DNA of 64,000 nt from an uncultured Nitrospiraceae bacterium (GCA_963727805.1 CAVSHF010000005.1:928001-992000); one strand, 5' to 3'; shown: positions 51,091 through 61,125, counted from the stretch's first letter. Numbers and translations: made by a program. The notes: generated by a model not told the origin, from the sequence alone.

Positions 51091-52299
51091 TTAATGCGGC
51101 ACGGGGCATCTGGGCATCTCAGACTGTTCCTTCCGCACAGGAAGATACCACAATATGCCGTCGACAATCATCAATAATCCGGCCGTTATCAGCATTGCAT
51201 CGACTATGATCAGCGAGCTGACAGCAAAGTAACTCACGAACACAATTCCCATACTCGAAAAGGAGACGCCCGTTCTTGCCAATGCAAGACCGGTTCTCGC
51301 CCTAGCATATATAGACCGGTAGCATGCAGCAACAGTCCGTTGCCCCGCAAGGACATTTCTTTCCCGTGCTAGCTGGGTCCGCACCTTGCTTGCCGGTTTG
51401 GGATAAAGGATTGTGCAATGGTCCGCCAGGAAATCCCCAAGGCGCGCGAGCATCGTCCCCTTTGTTACAACATTTATGCCACTATCCTCTATAAAGTGAT
51501 AATTCTCCAAAAAGGATAAAGTCGCGGATGTGACCTCAACAAGGGTCTGATGCTCGTGAGGCTTTATCCACGATTTCCTGATCCTTATATAACCGAATAG
51601 GCCCAAAGCCCCGACAAGAAGGCCCACCACAAGCATGGCCCAATACAGATAAAGATGATCTCCCAGCTTAAATGTGTGCAAGAGTATATCCGCCACCGCT
51701 ATGGTTCCAAGTCCCCACCTGAGAACGGCCAGACTTGTCCTTCCCTTTGATAAGTCATTCCTGTAGCAGGCAAGCCTCGTTCTCCAATGGGCCATGGTAT
51801 TTCGCCATAGAGCAAGGCCGGTCCTCTCTGTCCCGGCAAGACGCCCGGGTTTGGCGTGAAGAAAGTCCTTTATAAACCAGCGGATGTCCTCCCGAAGTGC
51901 AAACCACAACTCATATTCGTTCACCCCGAAAAATCTCCTCGCTTCATTTACAATCATAGGATCTTCCGGATTGTTAGCTGCTATTATAATCTTATTGCCT
52001 TCGCTCGCAACGGGAAACCAGTAACTCATAAAAAGCCTGTCGTCATCGACTCCATCGAGCAGTTCCCGGGGTATGGGCAATCTTTCATCGTATTCGATAT
52101 GCGGACAATGATAATAATCCGAACAGGCCTGCAGGAGTGCATGCCTGGTTACTCCATATTCCCTTATGAGCACCGTCTCAATATCGACAGACCTGGCCTC
52201 AGCTGAGTTTATCGCCTCGAATATTTTGTCCTTGCCCAGGATGCCGTTATCGGACAGAAGGAGGAATCTTTCGGCCTCTGTTTTAATCATTGTTATCAT
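51091..52299 (-). CDS. T2SSE_N/MshEN-like domain + 2 DUF202-like membrane repeats
   Basis: N-terminal GspE-N-like domain (YYHCPHIEYD...YWFPV...AANNP); repeats RTGLALWRNTMAHWRTRLACYR... and RTQLARERNVLAGQR...RTG. Confidence 0.75.
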   Translation of the reverse strand: MITMIKTEAERFLLLSDNGILGKDKIFEAINSAEARSVDIETVLIREYGVTRHALLQACSDYYHCPHIEYDERLPIPRELLDGVDDDRLFMSYWFPVASEGNKIIIAANNPEDPMIVNEARRFFGVNEYELWFALREDIRWFIKDFLHAKPGRLAGTERTGLALWRNTMAHWRTRLACYRNDLSKGRTSLAVLRWGLGTIAVADILLHTFKLGDHLYLYWAMLVVGLLVGALGLFGYIRIRKSWIKPHEHQTLVEVTSATLSFLENYHFIEDSGINVVTKGTMLARLGDFLADHCTILYPKPASKVRTQLARERNVLAGQRTVAACYRSIYARARTGLALARTGVSFSSMGIVFVSYFAVSSLIIVDAMLITAGLLMIVDGILWYLPVRKEQSEMPRCPVPH

Positions 52300-53929
52300 C
52301 GCTGAATATCACTTTTTCCCACATATAGACAGGTTTTCCGTAATCAGGAATTGGAATTTCCATCTCGCCAAGGCAATATGGGAATTGTCTCCGTGCTTTC
52401 TCGGCAGGGGCATACCAGTAGAGCCCATCGGCGATGAGAAACAATCCCACAACGATCAACAGGCAGTACAAGACAGTCCATGCTATGACATCCGGACCGT
52501 AATAAGCCAGCAGCGCTATTCCGACAGCTGCCAAACTCATTCCAGTCCTGATAATTGCAAGCCCGGTCCGTGACCTCGCCATCATGGTACGCAGTCTTGC
52601 CATAACATTTCGCCTGTCCGCCAACATCGTCCTTTCTAGGGCGAGGCCGGTTGTCGCCCAAATGCCCCGTATATGCGATTGCCTGACAGGCGGCACGTGG
52701 GCGTGCAGGTCCCTAAAATAAGTTCTTTTGTGTACTGGCGGAAAAACTATATCCCAAATATTGATCTTCTCCTCAGCTTCTTTGACTGAGTCGACACACA
52801 CGATGCCCGCGCGCCGGCCGGGCAAGTACCAGTAAAAACCTTCCAATGCCATCATGATCCCTGTCACGATGAGGCCTGCATCGAAAAGGGTCCATCCACC
52901 CGTGGGGAATTGCCTGAGCAGCACTATGCCAAGTCCGGCAAATGCAACACCGGTACGCGTAAAGGCGAGTCCGTTGCGGCCCCTCGCCATTAATGTCCTG
53001 TGGCAGGCAAGTGTCGTCCTTTCCTCTGCCAGATCCGTCCTGTCGCTGGCCAGGAATCGCCGACGCATTACCGGCGTCAGATTGCTCCAGTCTGCTCGCA
53101 ATTCATCAGCGCCCGCCGCAGGTCTGGTTCGGAAAAAACATGGATCATTGCCAGGATTCGACACTTCAAGCACAGTCGAATTTCCCGTTGGATGTGTCGA
53201 TACGCACTCAGGCATCTTCTTGCCAGTCCTCCTAGCTGGTAAATACCACAAAAATCCGTCGACGGCCATCACCATGCCGGCGACAAGGAGTGCTGCCTCA
53301 AGGACTGTCGAATATCCAATCCCAAATATCCTGAAGAGAACTATCGAAATTGTAATAAAAGAGATCCCGGTTCTCATGAAAGCGAGGCCTGTCCTTCCTT
53401 TGGCTAGGGAAGTCCTGTAACATGCCAGCACCGACCGTCTTTCCGAGAGAAATGTCCGCACTAACGCGAGAGGCGTTCTAGCGGCGGCAACGCCGAAACT
53501 AGGATTCAAATCCAGGTTGTTCTCGATGAGCCTGATAATGTCTGAGGGAAGCGCTACCAGCAAGTTGATTCTCTTTACATTCAGCGTCTTCTTTATTTCC
53601 CCGATAGTAGACATGTCGGGATTGTACGCAATAACTTCTGCTTGGTCATTGTCGAAATAGAGGGGTATCCAAAGGGCGCCTTTCAGTCTCTCCAGTTCCA
53701 GCATTCGCACTATCTTTGAAGAGACCATTATATCCTCATCGTATTCCACGAAAGGATATCCGTAATATTCGGTCAGACAGAACAGTATTTCATGTTTGGG
53801 GATGCCCCTTGACAGTAAAAGATCTTCAGGGTATTTACCTGCAGCCGAGGATTCGTCTGTTATGTGTAGCAGGTCTTCCTCGGTGATGAATCCCTGCCTG
53901 ATCAGTCTTGAAAACTTTTTGTCAAACAT
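52283..53929 (-). CDS. T2SSE_N/MshEN-like domain + 3 DUF202-like membrane repeats
   Basis: N-terminal domain paralogous to the downstream gene; three LAxxRTxLA..RTG repeats, each ending (D/E)GxxWYxP. Confidence 0.75.
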   Translation of the reverse strand: MFDKKFSRLIRQGFITEEDLLHITDESSAAGKYPEDLLLSRGIPKHEILFCLTEYYGYPFVEYDEDIMVSSKIVRMLELERLKGALWIPLYFDNDQAEVIAYNPDMSTIGEIKKTLNVKRINLLVALPSDIIRLIENNLDLNPSFGVAAARTPLALVRTFLSERRSVLACYRTSLAKGRTGLAFMRTGISFITISIVLFRIFGIGYSTVLEAALLVAGMVMAVDGFLWYLPARRTGKKMPECVSTHPTGNSTVLEVSNPGNDPCFFRTRPAAGADELRADWSNLTPVMRRRFLASDRTDLAEERTTLACHRTLMARGRNGLAFTRTGVAFAGLGIVLLRQFPTGGWTLFDAGLIVTGIMMALEGFYWYLPGRRAGIVCVDSVKEAEEKINIWDIVFPPVHKRTYFRDLHAHVPPVRQSHIRGIWATTGLALERTMLADRRNVMARLRTMMARSRTGLAIIRTGMSLAAVGIALLAYYGPDVIAWTVLYCLLIVVGLFLIADGLYWYAPAEKARRQFPYCLGEMEIPIPDYGKPVYMWEKVIFSDDNND

Positions 53930-54154
53930 ACCGAATTCAAGGTCTTCTATTCTGAAATTACCCGTTTGACTTTAAGTTTATACCTTTGCCGCCATGATAT
54001 GCAAATATTCGGATATGAGGCTCATAAATCCGATATTTATGCATTGATGGTTTATGCGTTATGGATAAAGAGATTTTTGTGTTCACGGAATATCGGGTCA
54101 TTGCGGGTTTCAATGGCAAGATTTTCAAATCTTACTTGAAAGGAGGTGAAGAGA

Positions 54155-54322
54155 ATGAAGAAGGTAGTTGCCATGGTTATAGCAGTTATTTTTGTTATGG
54201 GTCTTGCCTCCTTCGGCTTTGCGGCGGGACTTGAGAAGTGTGACAAGTGCCGCAAAACCGAAGAGGCAGTAGACAACATGAACCTTCGGTCTTTGTATCC
54301 GGTTTATGCGATGATGGCTTGA
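54155..54322 (+). pseudogene. Small exported protein, probable degenerate cytochrome c (CDKCR)
   Basis: Strong SD AGGAGGT, a signal peptide ending GFA, then CxxC-R (CGC, one base from His CAC); 55 aa. Confidence 0.45.
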
Positions 54323-54352
54323 AGTTAGTAGAGACATGTCTATCGTTTTTTT

Positions 54353-54760
54353 ATGTATAATGCAGCTATGACTGCGGATAAGATCAACACAGACCACAAG
54401 AAGCCTAAAAGAACACATGTTTATCGTATCATCGTTCTCATCTCGGCATCTCTTACAAAGCTGATCAGCACATTGATCATCTGCCAGAATTCTCTCAAGG
54501 CGGCCGAAGAAGCGCTTAAGCTTCAGGCCTTAGGAATCGCCGCCAGCTTTGAACCTTCCCTAGTAGATGTGAAGGGGAAAGAAAATATCTTCAGGGATAT
54601 CATCAGAGAGGCATCATGGGAAGGTATCGCCTTCACTGCTCTTTATGACCGGCACGGGGTACCCCCTCTTCATTCATATAAAAATCTTGTCGGCCGCAAA
54701 GAGAGCAATTCATTACAGGGCACGCGAAAAACCCCATCTGTTGGTATGCTCAAGGTATAG
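54353..54760 (+). pseudogene. Probable truncated N-terminus of a membrane sensor kinase
   Basis: TM segment followed by a periplasmic-sensor-like region (EGIAFTALYDRHG); no kinase core follows. Confidence 0.35.
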
Positions 54761-55060
54761 CCTGCGATCTAAACCGCGGAGGGACAGGTGGAGTAGCAAA
54801 ATAGGCATGAATTTCCGGGCAAAAGATTCAATGTCTGGCAGCAGGAACTTTCCGCAATAGCATTTCCTCTTCTGACGAAGAATTAAACACTTCTAAGACC
54901 GAGTATAATCATGACGATTAGATCTCTGAGAGCAGCGCAAACTATCAACAGAGCGTCACTGCGTTATTTTCTCCATGGCAATTTTTCACTGCATGTTGTT
55001 TTTTATTTCTGTTTTGATACCATATGGATATAGACATAGATTTCGTTAAAAGGAGATAAC

Positions 55061-55552
55061 ATGAGAAAGATATTGGCAATATTATTTTCAGTTTGTACTT
55101 GTGTATTTTTTATTACGTTCACAGCGTCATCCGAAGAAAAAACGACAGCACAGGCAATGAAACCGTGCGACGGCTGGACTCTCCACATTGATGCAAAAAA
55201 ACACATTCCTAAGATGCCTGATATGATCGTTCACCATTACTGCAAACAAGTATCAGGTGGGCTTACTGAATGTCAACTCTATGATAGCGACAAGCCGGAT
55301 GCTCGGCTTGTAGGAGTTGAGGTTGTTGTCGATAAAGAAACTTGGAAGAAATTCTCAAAGGAAGAGAAGTCACTCTGGCATTATCACAAGACTGAGCTTC
55401 TGAAAGTAGAGCCTACGCTTCCTGACGTTTCTGCTGAAGAAGGGACAAAGACGTTGAAAAGTATGGAAGAGACTTACGGCAAGGTTTTTATCTTTTGGAA
55501 TCCGGCCAAAAGTGATCCGACCGGAAGGCCTGTGGTATCGATCTTGCGATAG
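55061..55552 (+). CDS. DUF1264/OBAP-family exported protein
   Basis: VHHYC...ECQLYDSDKPDARLVGVE...LWHYHK...TYGK; signal peptide. Confidence 0.8.
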   Translation: MRKILAILFSVCTCVFFITFTASSEEKTTAQAMKPCDGWTLHIDAKKHIPKMPDMIVHHYCKQVSGGLTECQLYDSDKPDARLVGVEVVVDKETWKKFSKEEKSLWHYHKTELLKVEPTLPDVSAEEGTKTLKSMEETYGKVFIFWNPAKSDPTGRPVVSILR

Positions 55553-55944
55553 CGGTAGGTTCAAGATAGCAGCATGACCTTCGGAAATTTATAAGTACTG
55601 CTAGGTATTAGGTGTTATTATGCCAATGTGCATATAGGCAGGAAGGTGACGATACCGAAAAGCCCCGAGGTTCTACTCAGGGAAACAAGGAACCTCGCGT
55701 AGAAAAACTTCATGCTCTCTTCCTTCCCGAAGCACACTATCATTTTTTTGCCACAAGTGTCACTTTTCCCGGGTATGCAACAGACATCGTCATTTGAAAT
55801 ATTGCCACCTCGTGTAATAGCGAACAGCGTTATAAGATCAGAAGTTGAGGCAAATGTTTCCTCGCCGAGTCCTTGAAGCCGAAGGTCGCCTGGGGTTGTT
55901 CATCACGCATTCGAAGCCTTAATATAAAGAAGTTTCTATGCACA

Positions 55945-56560
55945 TTATGCAGGAAAGAGTCGTGAACATTCACTACACTTGTATATCAAGACCTTCCCCC
56001 ATCTTTTTGAGGAGCGTCGACGGGGTAATAGTTTAAGAAGAAATTTAATTCTAGGCTTGAGCAGGCCTTTTTTACTGATGATGTCCTCTGGATAAACGCT
56101 AATATAAATTGCTTTAGCACGGAGGCCTACTCGACTAATCTCATCAGCCGCTTTTCCTGTTTTTGTTCGGCATAATACCATCAAGGATTATCAACTCCAC
56201 GCGAGCACTATTCTCTCTATATTTTGCGCCTGCATCTTCTCCGTCGACTGCTTCGATCATGCTGTACCCATAATGTTCCAGTAAGGTAGACCCCAGCTTC
56301 CGCAGCGCTATATCACCCTCTGCCATGAATATAGTTTCAGAACCGCACTTGTTCTGGGCGACTGCCGTTTCGCTCTGCTCCCCCCTGAGGTCTCCCCTAT
56401 AGAGGGGGAGATATATCTTAAATATCAAGCCAGGCCCAGTTCGCCACACATGTCAATATATCCGCTGTCCTGCTTTATAATGCCCTATATCGAAAGACCA
56501 AGCCCCGTTCCCCTTCCCTGCTCCTTTGATCGTAAAAAATGGGTCGAATATTCTCCCACT
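55945..56560 (-). pseudogene. Hybrid histidine kinase C-terminal remnant (HATPase + REC), fragmented
   Basis: GKGTGLGLS...GIIKQ, FKIYLP, GSETIFMAE...EAVDGEDA...LIILDGIMP spread over several frames. Confidence 0.7.
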
Positions 56561-56990
56561 TGTCTTTTACGGACAGAGGATTGTAGAGATGTTTATCATG
56601 CCGATCAAACCGAGTATCATGAACAGACTCGGCGTAAATAGGTACACGAGATGGTCTGGGAAAACGACATGCTTATACGGGACACTATCAAAGAGTCTGC
56701 GAAGGTGAGAAATACGAAAGAAAATATTCTTAAGACAGCAGATGAGATTTAGCAAGCAAACAGCCCGGAATGAGTATTCTGTGAAATACTTTAAAATAAG
56801 GAAACATCGGGGAGAGACAAATAGATCCTTCCCGATATTTTCTTTGAGTAAGACAAGCGCTGACAGGATACTTCTTAATTCCCTACAACAATATCAGACG
56901 CTATCGGATATTATTAAAGTCCATAAACATCTATTGTATATATGATTACAGACGTAGAACATATTCCATATGAGAAATGGGGGATTGTGC

Positions 56991-57185
56991 ATGAAGATCC
57001 AGGCTATCAGAACAATTGCCAAGAAGATTGGCATGACAGTCGGACGTCAGGGCAAAATTGAGCTCATCAGATCCATTCAGAGAGAAGAAGGCAATAATGC
57101 CTGCTTTGCGACGCCTTATGTGAGCGCATGCAATCAAATCAATTGCCTCTGGCTGGAAGATTGTCTCAAAGCTGCATCAGCATAA
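56991..57185 (+). CDS. Small Rho-N/SAP-like Cys-containing protein
   Basis: MKIQAIRTIAKK...KIELIRSIQREEGNNACFAT...CNQINCLWLEDC. Confidence 0.7.
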   Translation: MKIQAIRTIAKKIGMTVGRQGKIELIRSIQREEGNNACFATPYVSACNQINCLWLEDCLKAASA

Positions 57186-57270
57186 CCGAAATATTAGTCC
57201 TTATGGGGAACAAAAGATTGTGCATAAAAGACTATTTTCTGATATCCCGTATTAGGAGGGTAATTGTAAC

Positions 57271-57666
57271 ATGAACCAGCTGATGAAGCGTCCTGAAGAA
57301 TACAAAATATGGCGGAAAGTACTGGAGCTCGCAGAGACAATACAGATGGCTACAGAAGACCTCTCTACGTTAGGGTCCGGAGATGTCCGTAGTACAGTGA
57401 GAAAAATCACTTTTACCGTCCCATCCCACCTCGCTGAAGGGTTTATGATGATAGATTCAAACGACAGAAAGGACTCTTTTTATAGGGCACTTAATGGGCT
57501 AGATGAGATTCTCAGAAGTCTTGTCCTGACAGAACAGATAGGGCATGTCAAGAGGATTCATATCCATAAGATAAAGAAAGACATCTACGAACTCAACAGG
57601 ATGATTGGTGAACTTATAAGCCCCCTAGCGGAGAGTTTTGTCACAGCGGAAGTTTCCGAACGATAA
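57271..57666 (+). CDS. Four-helix-bundle protein (23S rRNA IVP-like)
   Basis: YKIWRKVLELA...VPSHLAEGF...FYRALNGLDE; SD AGGAGG. Confidence 0.6.
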   Translation: MNQLMKRPEEYKIWRKVLELAETIQMATEDLSTLGSGDVRSTVRKITFTVPSHLAEGFMMIDSNDRKDSFYRALNGLDEILRSLVLTEQIGHVKRIHIHKIKKDIYELNRMIGELISPLAESFVTAEVSER

Positions 57667-58008
57667 AAATACAATCCCGCTCTTGCGTAGCTGAGTATTC
57701 ACAACACCCTCAGTCATCTAACTAATGGGCCTTTGATGTCAAATGTAAATATCGCTGATACGCTTTTATCAATAGATGACAAACTCGCCAAGTTCACACA
57801 AAAGTCGGAAGCACCAAAATAACGAGTGATATTATGTGGAAATAATGGCAAACAATGACTTTGATTCATAGCTTGGTTTTGATAACCTAAAATTGACCAG
57901 CAAAGCGGGGTTTTGATAACCGAAAATTGATCATCCCAAGCATATCTCCTCATGATGAAGTGGGGCATAGTTTCCAAGTTGCCCCATTTTTATGCTGAGG
58001 AGGAAGGA

Positions 58009-59508
58009 GTGCTCAAGATGGATCAGTATGAATTGGTCAGGACGGGTCATCGGGTGTACGGACAGAACATCAGTGAGTTATCAAGATTAACGGGCCATTC
58101 TCGGAACACGATCAAAAAAGCCATACGCGGAGAGCCGTGGGGGTACAAGGAAAGGAGCCATCAGCCGTTTCCTGCCCTTGGCGATTACATGGTGGCTATC
58201 GATAACTGGCTTAAGAGCGACAAAGACAAACCGAAGAAGCAGCGGCATACGGCGCACCGGATATACAATAGGTTAGTGGATGAGCGTGACTATAAAGGAG
58301 GAGAGTCCACTGTTCGCCGCTATGTGAGACTTGCCAGGGTGATTTTGGGGATCGAAACACCGCGCGTCTTTATCCCATGCAATCCAGAGGCAGGGCAGGA
58401 AGCGGAAGTTGACTGGGGCACTGCGACGGCGATCATTGCAGGGGAAGAACTCCGGCTGAAGTTTTTCTGCATGCGCAGTAAGTATTCCGGCAAACACTTC
58501 GTACGTTTCTATCTTTGTGAGAGACAACAGGCATTCCTGGATGCGCATATCCACGCGTTTTCCTTCTATGACGGTATATTCCCGGTCCTAATCTACGACA
58601 ATCTAACGACAGCGGTACAGAAGGTGTTGCGAGGGCGCGATCGCATCGAGCAGTCCGGATTCAGCAAGTTCAAGGCCTACTACAGCTTTGAAGCCCGGTT
58701 TTGCAATCCCGACAGCGGTAATGAGAAAGGCGGCGTTGAAGGACTGGTCGGTTATGCACGACGCAATTACATGGTCCCTATACCGGAGGCAGCTAGCCTG
58801 GAAGAGCTGAACGAGGAGATTCTTCGGCAGTGCGTCGCTTACGGCGATCACAAGATGGCTGGACGCGACCTCACCGTGAACGAATTATACGAAGAGGAGA
58901 AAGGGCATCTTCTTGCCCTTCCCGAAGCTGTATTCAGCAATGTGCAGACATCAGTGGGCCGGGCCGACAAGTATGCCACGGTCATCGTGGATAAGAACCG
59001 ATATTCGGTACCAAGCCGTTATGCTGGGTTCAGAGTGAAGGTGCTGCTCCGTGCTGATCGGGTGGAGATCTTTACAGGCACGAAGAAACTGACAACGCAT
59101 GAGCGTTTGTACGGCAACAACAAATGGGCTCTGAAGGCTGACCATTATCTTGAACTTATCCAACAGAGGCCGTTGGCATTCAATAGTGCACGGCCAATCC
59201 AGCAATGGAGGAAGAGCTGGCCGCAGTTCCTGCACCTTCTTTTGGAGCGTTTTTGCCGTTCCCAGGGTGAAACAAAAGGAATCAAGGACTTCATCACCGT
59301 TCTTATGTTCTATCGTGATTATGAGGCCGGCGAGATTGAAGCGGCAGTGGAACTGGCCATAGAGAACAACATCAGCACCAGCGACGGCGTGCATCATGTG
59401 CTCGCTTACACGGGTGACACCGTCAGCCCCATACCCCCATTGGCCTGCTGGCCGACGCTGCCACCTCCGGATTTGGCTGTCTATGCGCAGTTTGGAGGTG
59501 TTCAATGA
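58009..59508 (+). CDS. istA: IS21 transposase
   Basis: PKKQRHTAHRIY, AEVDWG, LIYDN and GNEKGGVE motifs. Confidence 0.95.
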   Translation: MLKMDQYELVRTGHRVYGQNISELSRLTGHSRNTIKKAIRGEPWGYKERSHQPFPALGDYMVAIDNWLKSDKDKPKKQRHTAHRIYNRLVDERDYKGGESTVRRYVRLARVILGIETPRVFIPCNPEAGQEAEVDWGTATAIIAGEELRLKFFCMRSKYSGKHFVRFYLCERQQAFLDAHIHAFSFYDGIFPVLIYDNLTTAVQKVLRGRDRIEQSGFSKFKAYYSFEARFCNPDSGNEKGGVEGLVGYARRNYMVPIPEAASLEELNEEILRQCVAYGDHKMAGRDLTVNELYEEEKGHLLALPEAVFSNVQTSVGRADKYATVIVDKNRYSVPSRYAGFRVKVLLRADRVEIFTGTKKLTTHERLYGNNKWALKADHYLELIQQRPLAFNSARPIQQWRKSWPQFLHLLLERFCRSQGETKGIKDFITVLMFYRDYEAGEIEAAVELAIENNISTSDGVHHVLAYTGDTVSPIPPLACWPTLPPPDLAVYAQFGGVQ

Positions 59509-60278
59509 AAGCCGGAGAGTCGATGGAACTGCAGGCAAATCTCAGGGCGCTGAATCTATCAGCCATGGCTCGCGACATTGAGGGGTTCGTGCGTCAAGCC
59601 CGGGAAGCCGGGATCGGCTATGACGAGTTTCTCCTCAATCTGACCGTAGCAGAACTGCAAGCCAGATCGGAAAGCAGGTTGAACCGCCGCGTCAGGGAGG
59701 CAAAGTTCCCCATTATCAAGCCACTGGAGACCTTCGATCTTGCAGCAGTACCGGAACTGGACCTTCGGCTGTTCCGGGAACTTACCGCAGAAGGCTATAT
59801 AAAGGAGTGCCGGAATGTCATCTTTCTTGGAAGAAGTGGCACTGGCAAGACGCATATGTCCACTGCCCTGGGGATCGAAGCCTGTAAAAACAACTTTCGG
59901 ACCCGGTTTGTCACCTGTTACGGCCTGGTCAACGAACTGATCGAAGCAAGACAGCAGCGGACGCTACAGCGTCTTATCCAAAGGTATGTTCGCTACGATC
60001 TGCTCATTCTGGACGAACTGGGGTATATACCTTTCTCCAAGGAAGGAGCGGAACTACTGTTTCAGGTTTTGGCGGAAAGGCACGAGAAAGGGTCAGTGAT
60101 GATCACAACCAATCTTGGGTTTGCCGACTGGACCCAAGTATTTGGCGATCCGGTAATGACCGCCGCGCTGCTGGATCGGCTGACCCATAAAGCCCATATC
60201 ATTAACTGCACCTGGGACAGCTATCGTCTGAAGCAGAGCCTTAAGGAAAAAAGAAAACATGGAGGCAAGGAGAAATAA
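59505..60278 (+). CDS. istB: IS21 helper ATPase
   Basis: GRSGTGKT, LILDELGY and AALLDRLTH motifs. Confidence 0.95.
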   Translation: MKAGESMELQANLRALNLSAMARDIEGFVRQAREAGIGYDEFLLNLTVAELQARSESRLNRRVREAKFPIIKPLETFDLAAVPELDLRLFRELTAEGYIKECRNVIFLGRSGTGKTHMSTALGIEACKNNFRTRFVTCYGLVNELIEARQQRTLQRLIQRYVRYDLLILDELGYIPFSKEGAELLFQVLAERHEKGSVMITTNLGFADWTQVFGDPVMTAALLDRLTHKAHIINCTWDSYRLKQSLKEKRKHGGKEK

Positions 60279-60281
60279 CTT

Positions 60282-60533
60282 ATGGAAACCACAGTGTACA
60301 ATCCTCAAAAAGGCAGACTTGAAACGGTTGAAGTCGCATTCACCAGAGACAATACGACCTGGTTCAAGCAATGCAGCAATGCCGGCGATATCTCGATGAT
60401 AACGGATCTCGACGGCGATATGCTGATCAGCGAGTCCGGGTACGCCTATCCACTCAGGGTTCCTGATACTTCGAGGGCTGATATCGGGTATGACCGGAAG
60501 AAAGCAAGGCAACTGAGACGCCAGTACGAATAA
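60282..60533 (+). CDS. Hypothetical IS passenger protein, 83 aa
   Basis: ATG 3 nt after the istB stop, with SD AAGGAG; lies inside the IS ends. Confidence 0.7.
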   Translation: METTVYNPQKGRLETVEVAFTRDNTTWFKQCSNAGDISMITDLDGDMLISESGYAYPLRVPDTSRADIGYDRKKARQLRRQYE

Positions 60534-61125
60534 ACGGCGGGATGATTACCCACTATCATCCCTGATTATCAACTAGCTTAGGGTGATCAATATTCGGTGA
60601 TCGCAGATGGTCAAATTTCGGTTGCTTTTTCGAATAGCTTTCTAATGAGGCATATTGGAGCTATTGGAATACTATATAGGTATGGGTGTGCAAGAATGAG
60701 CCGAAGTGTTCAAGCAGAGGCAGAGGCAAATCAGTGCCCTTTTCTCAGTCGCTTTAACATCTTAATCAATTGTCTTAGTCTGCCCTTTTCTTTGGTTTCA
60801 TGAATGGATGGGTAGGTTCTGATAAATCCTTCATTGGTTGATTCAAATGATTTATTTCTCTTTTGTTTCATGAATTCATTTTAGCAAAGAGGATATATCT
60901 TATCCAAATTGCTTTAAGATTTATGCCGTAGAGATGCGCGTCCTGTTGACCTGCAACAGCCTTTATTCTTGGCTTCGTGTGCTAGACACGGGGTAAGATA
61001 ATGGAAGAATGCCCCTTGTAGACTTAAACATTGGGGGATAACCTGTTGCCTTTCTATTGTCTTACTTAATTTAACGGAATTGTATATTTGGAAAACCCAA
61101 TAGCGCAGGTCAGTTTTGAAAAGTT

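Larger units (their letters stand above)
57874..60633 (+). mobile_element. IS21-family element with a passenger gene, 2760 bp
   Basis: Terminal repeats share AACC-N7-GACCA; TSD ATAGCT at 57868-57873 and 60634-60639; istA, istB and an extra ORF lie inside. Confidence 0.88.

Noticed and set aside
57714..60803. A gene interrupted by the second IS21
   Set aside because: Rejoining the flanks gives only short ORFs with no recognisable motifs on either strand.
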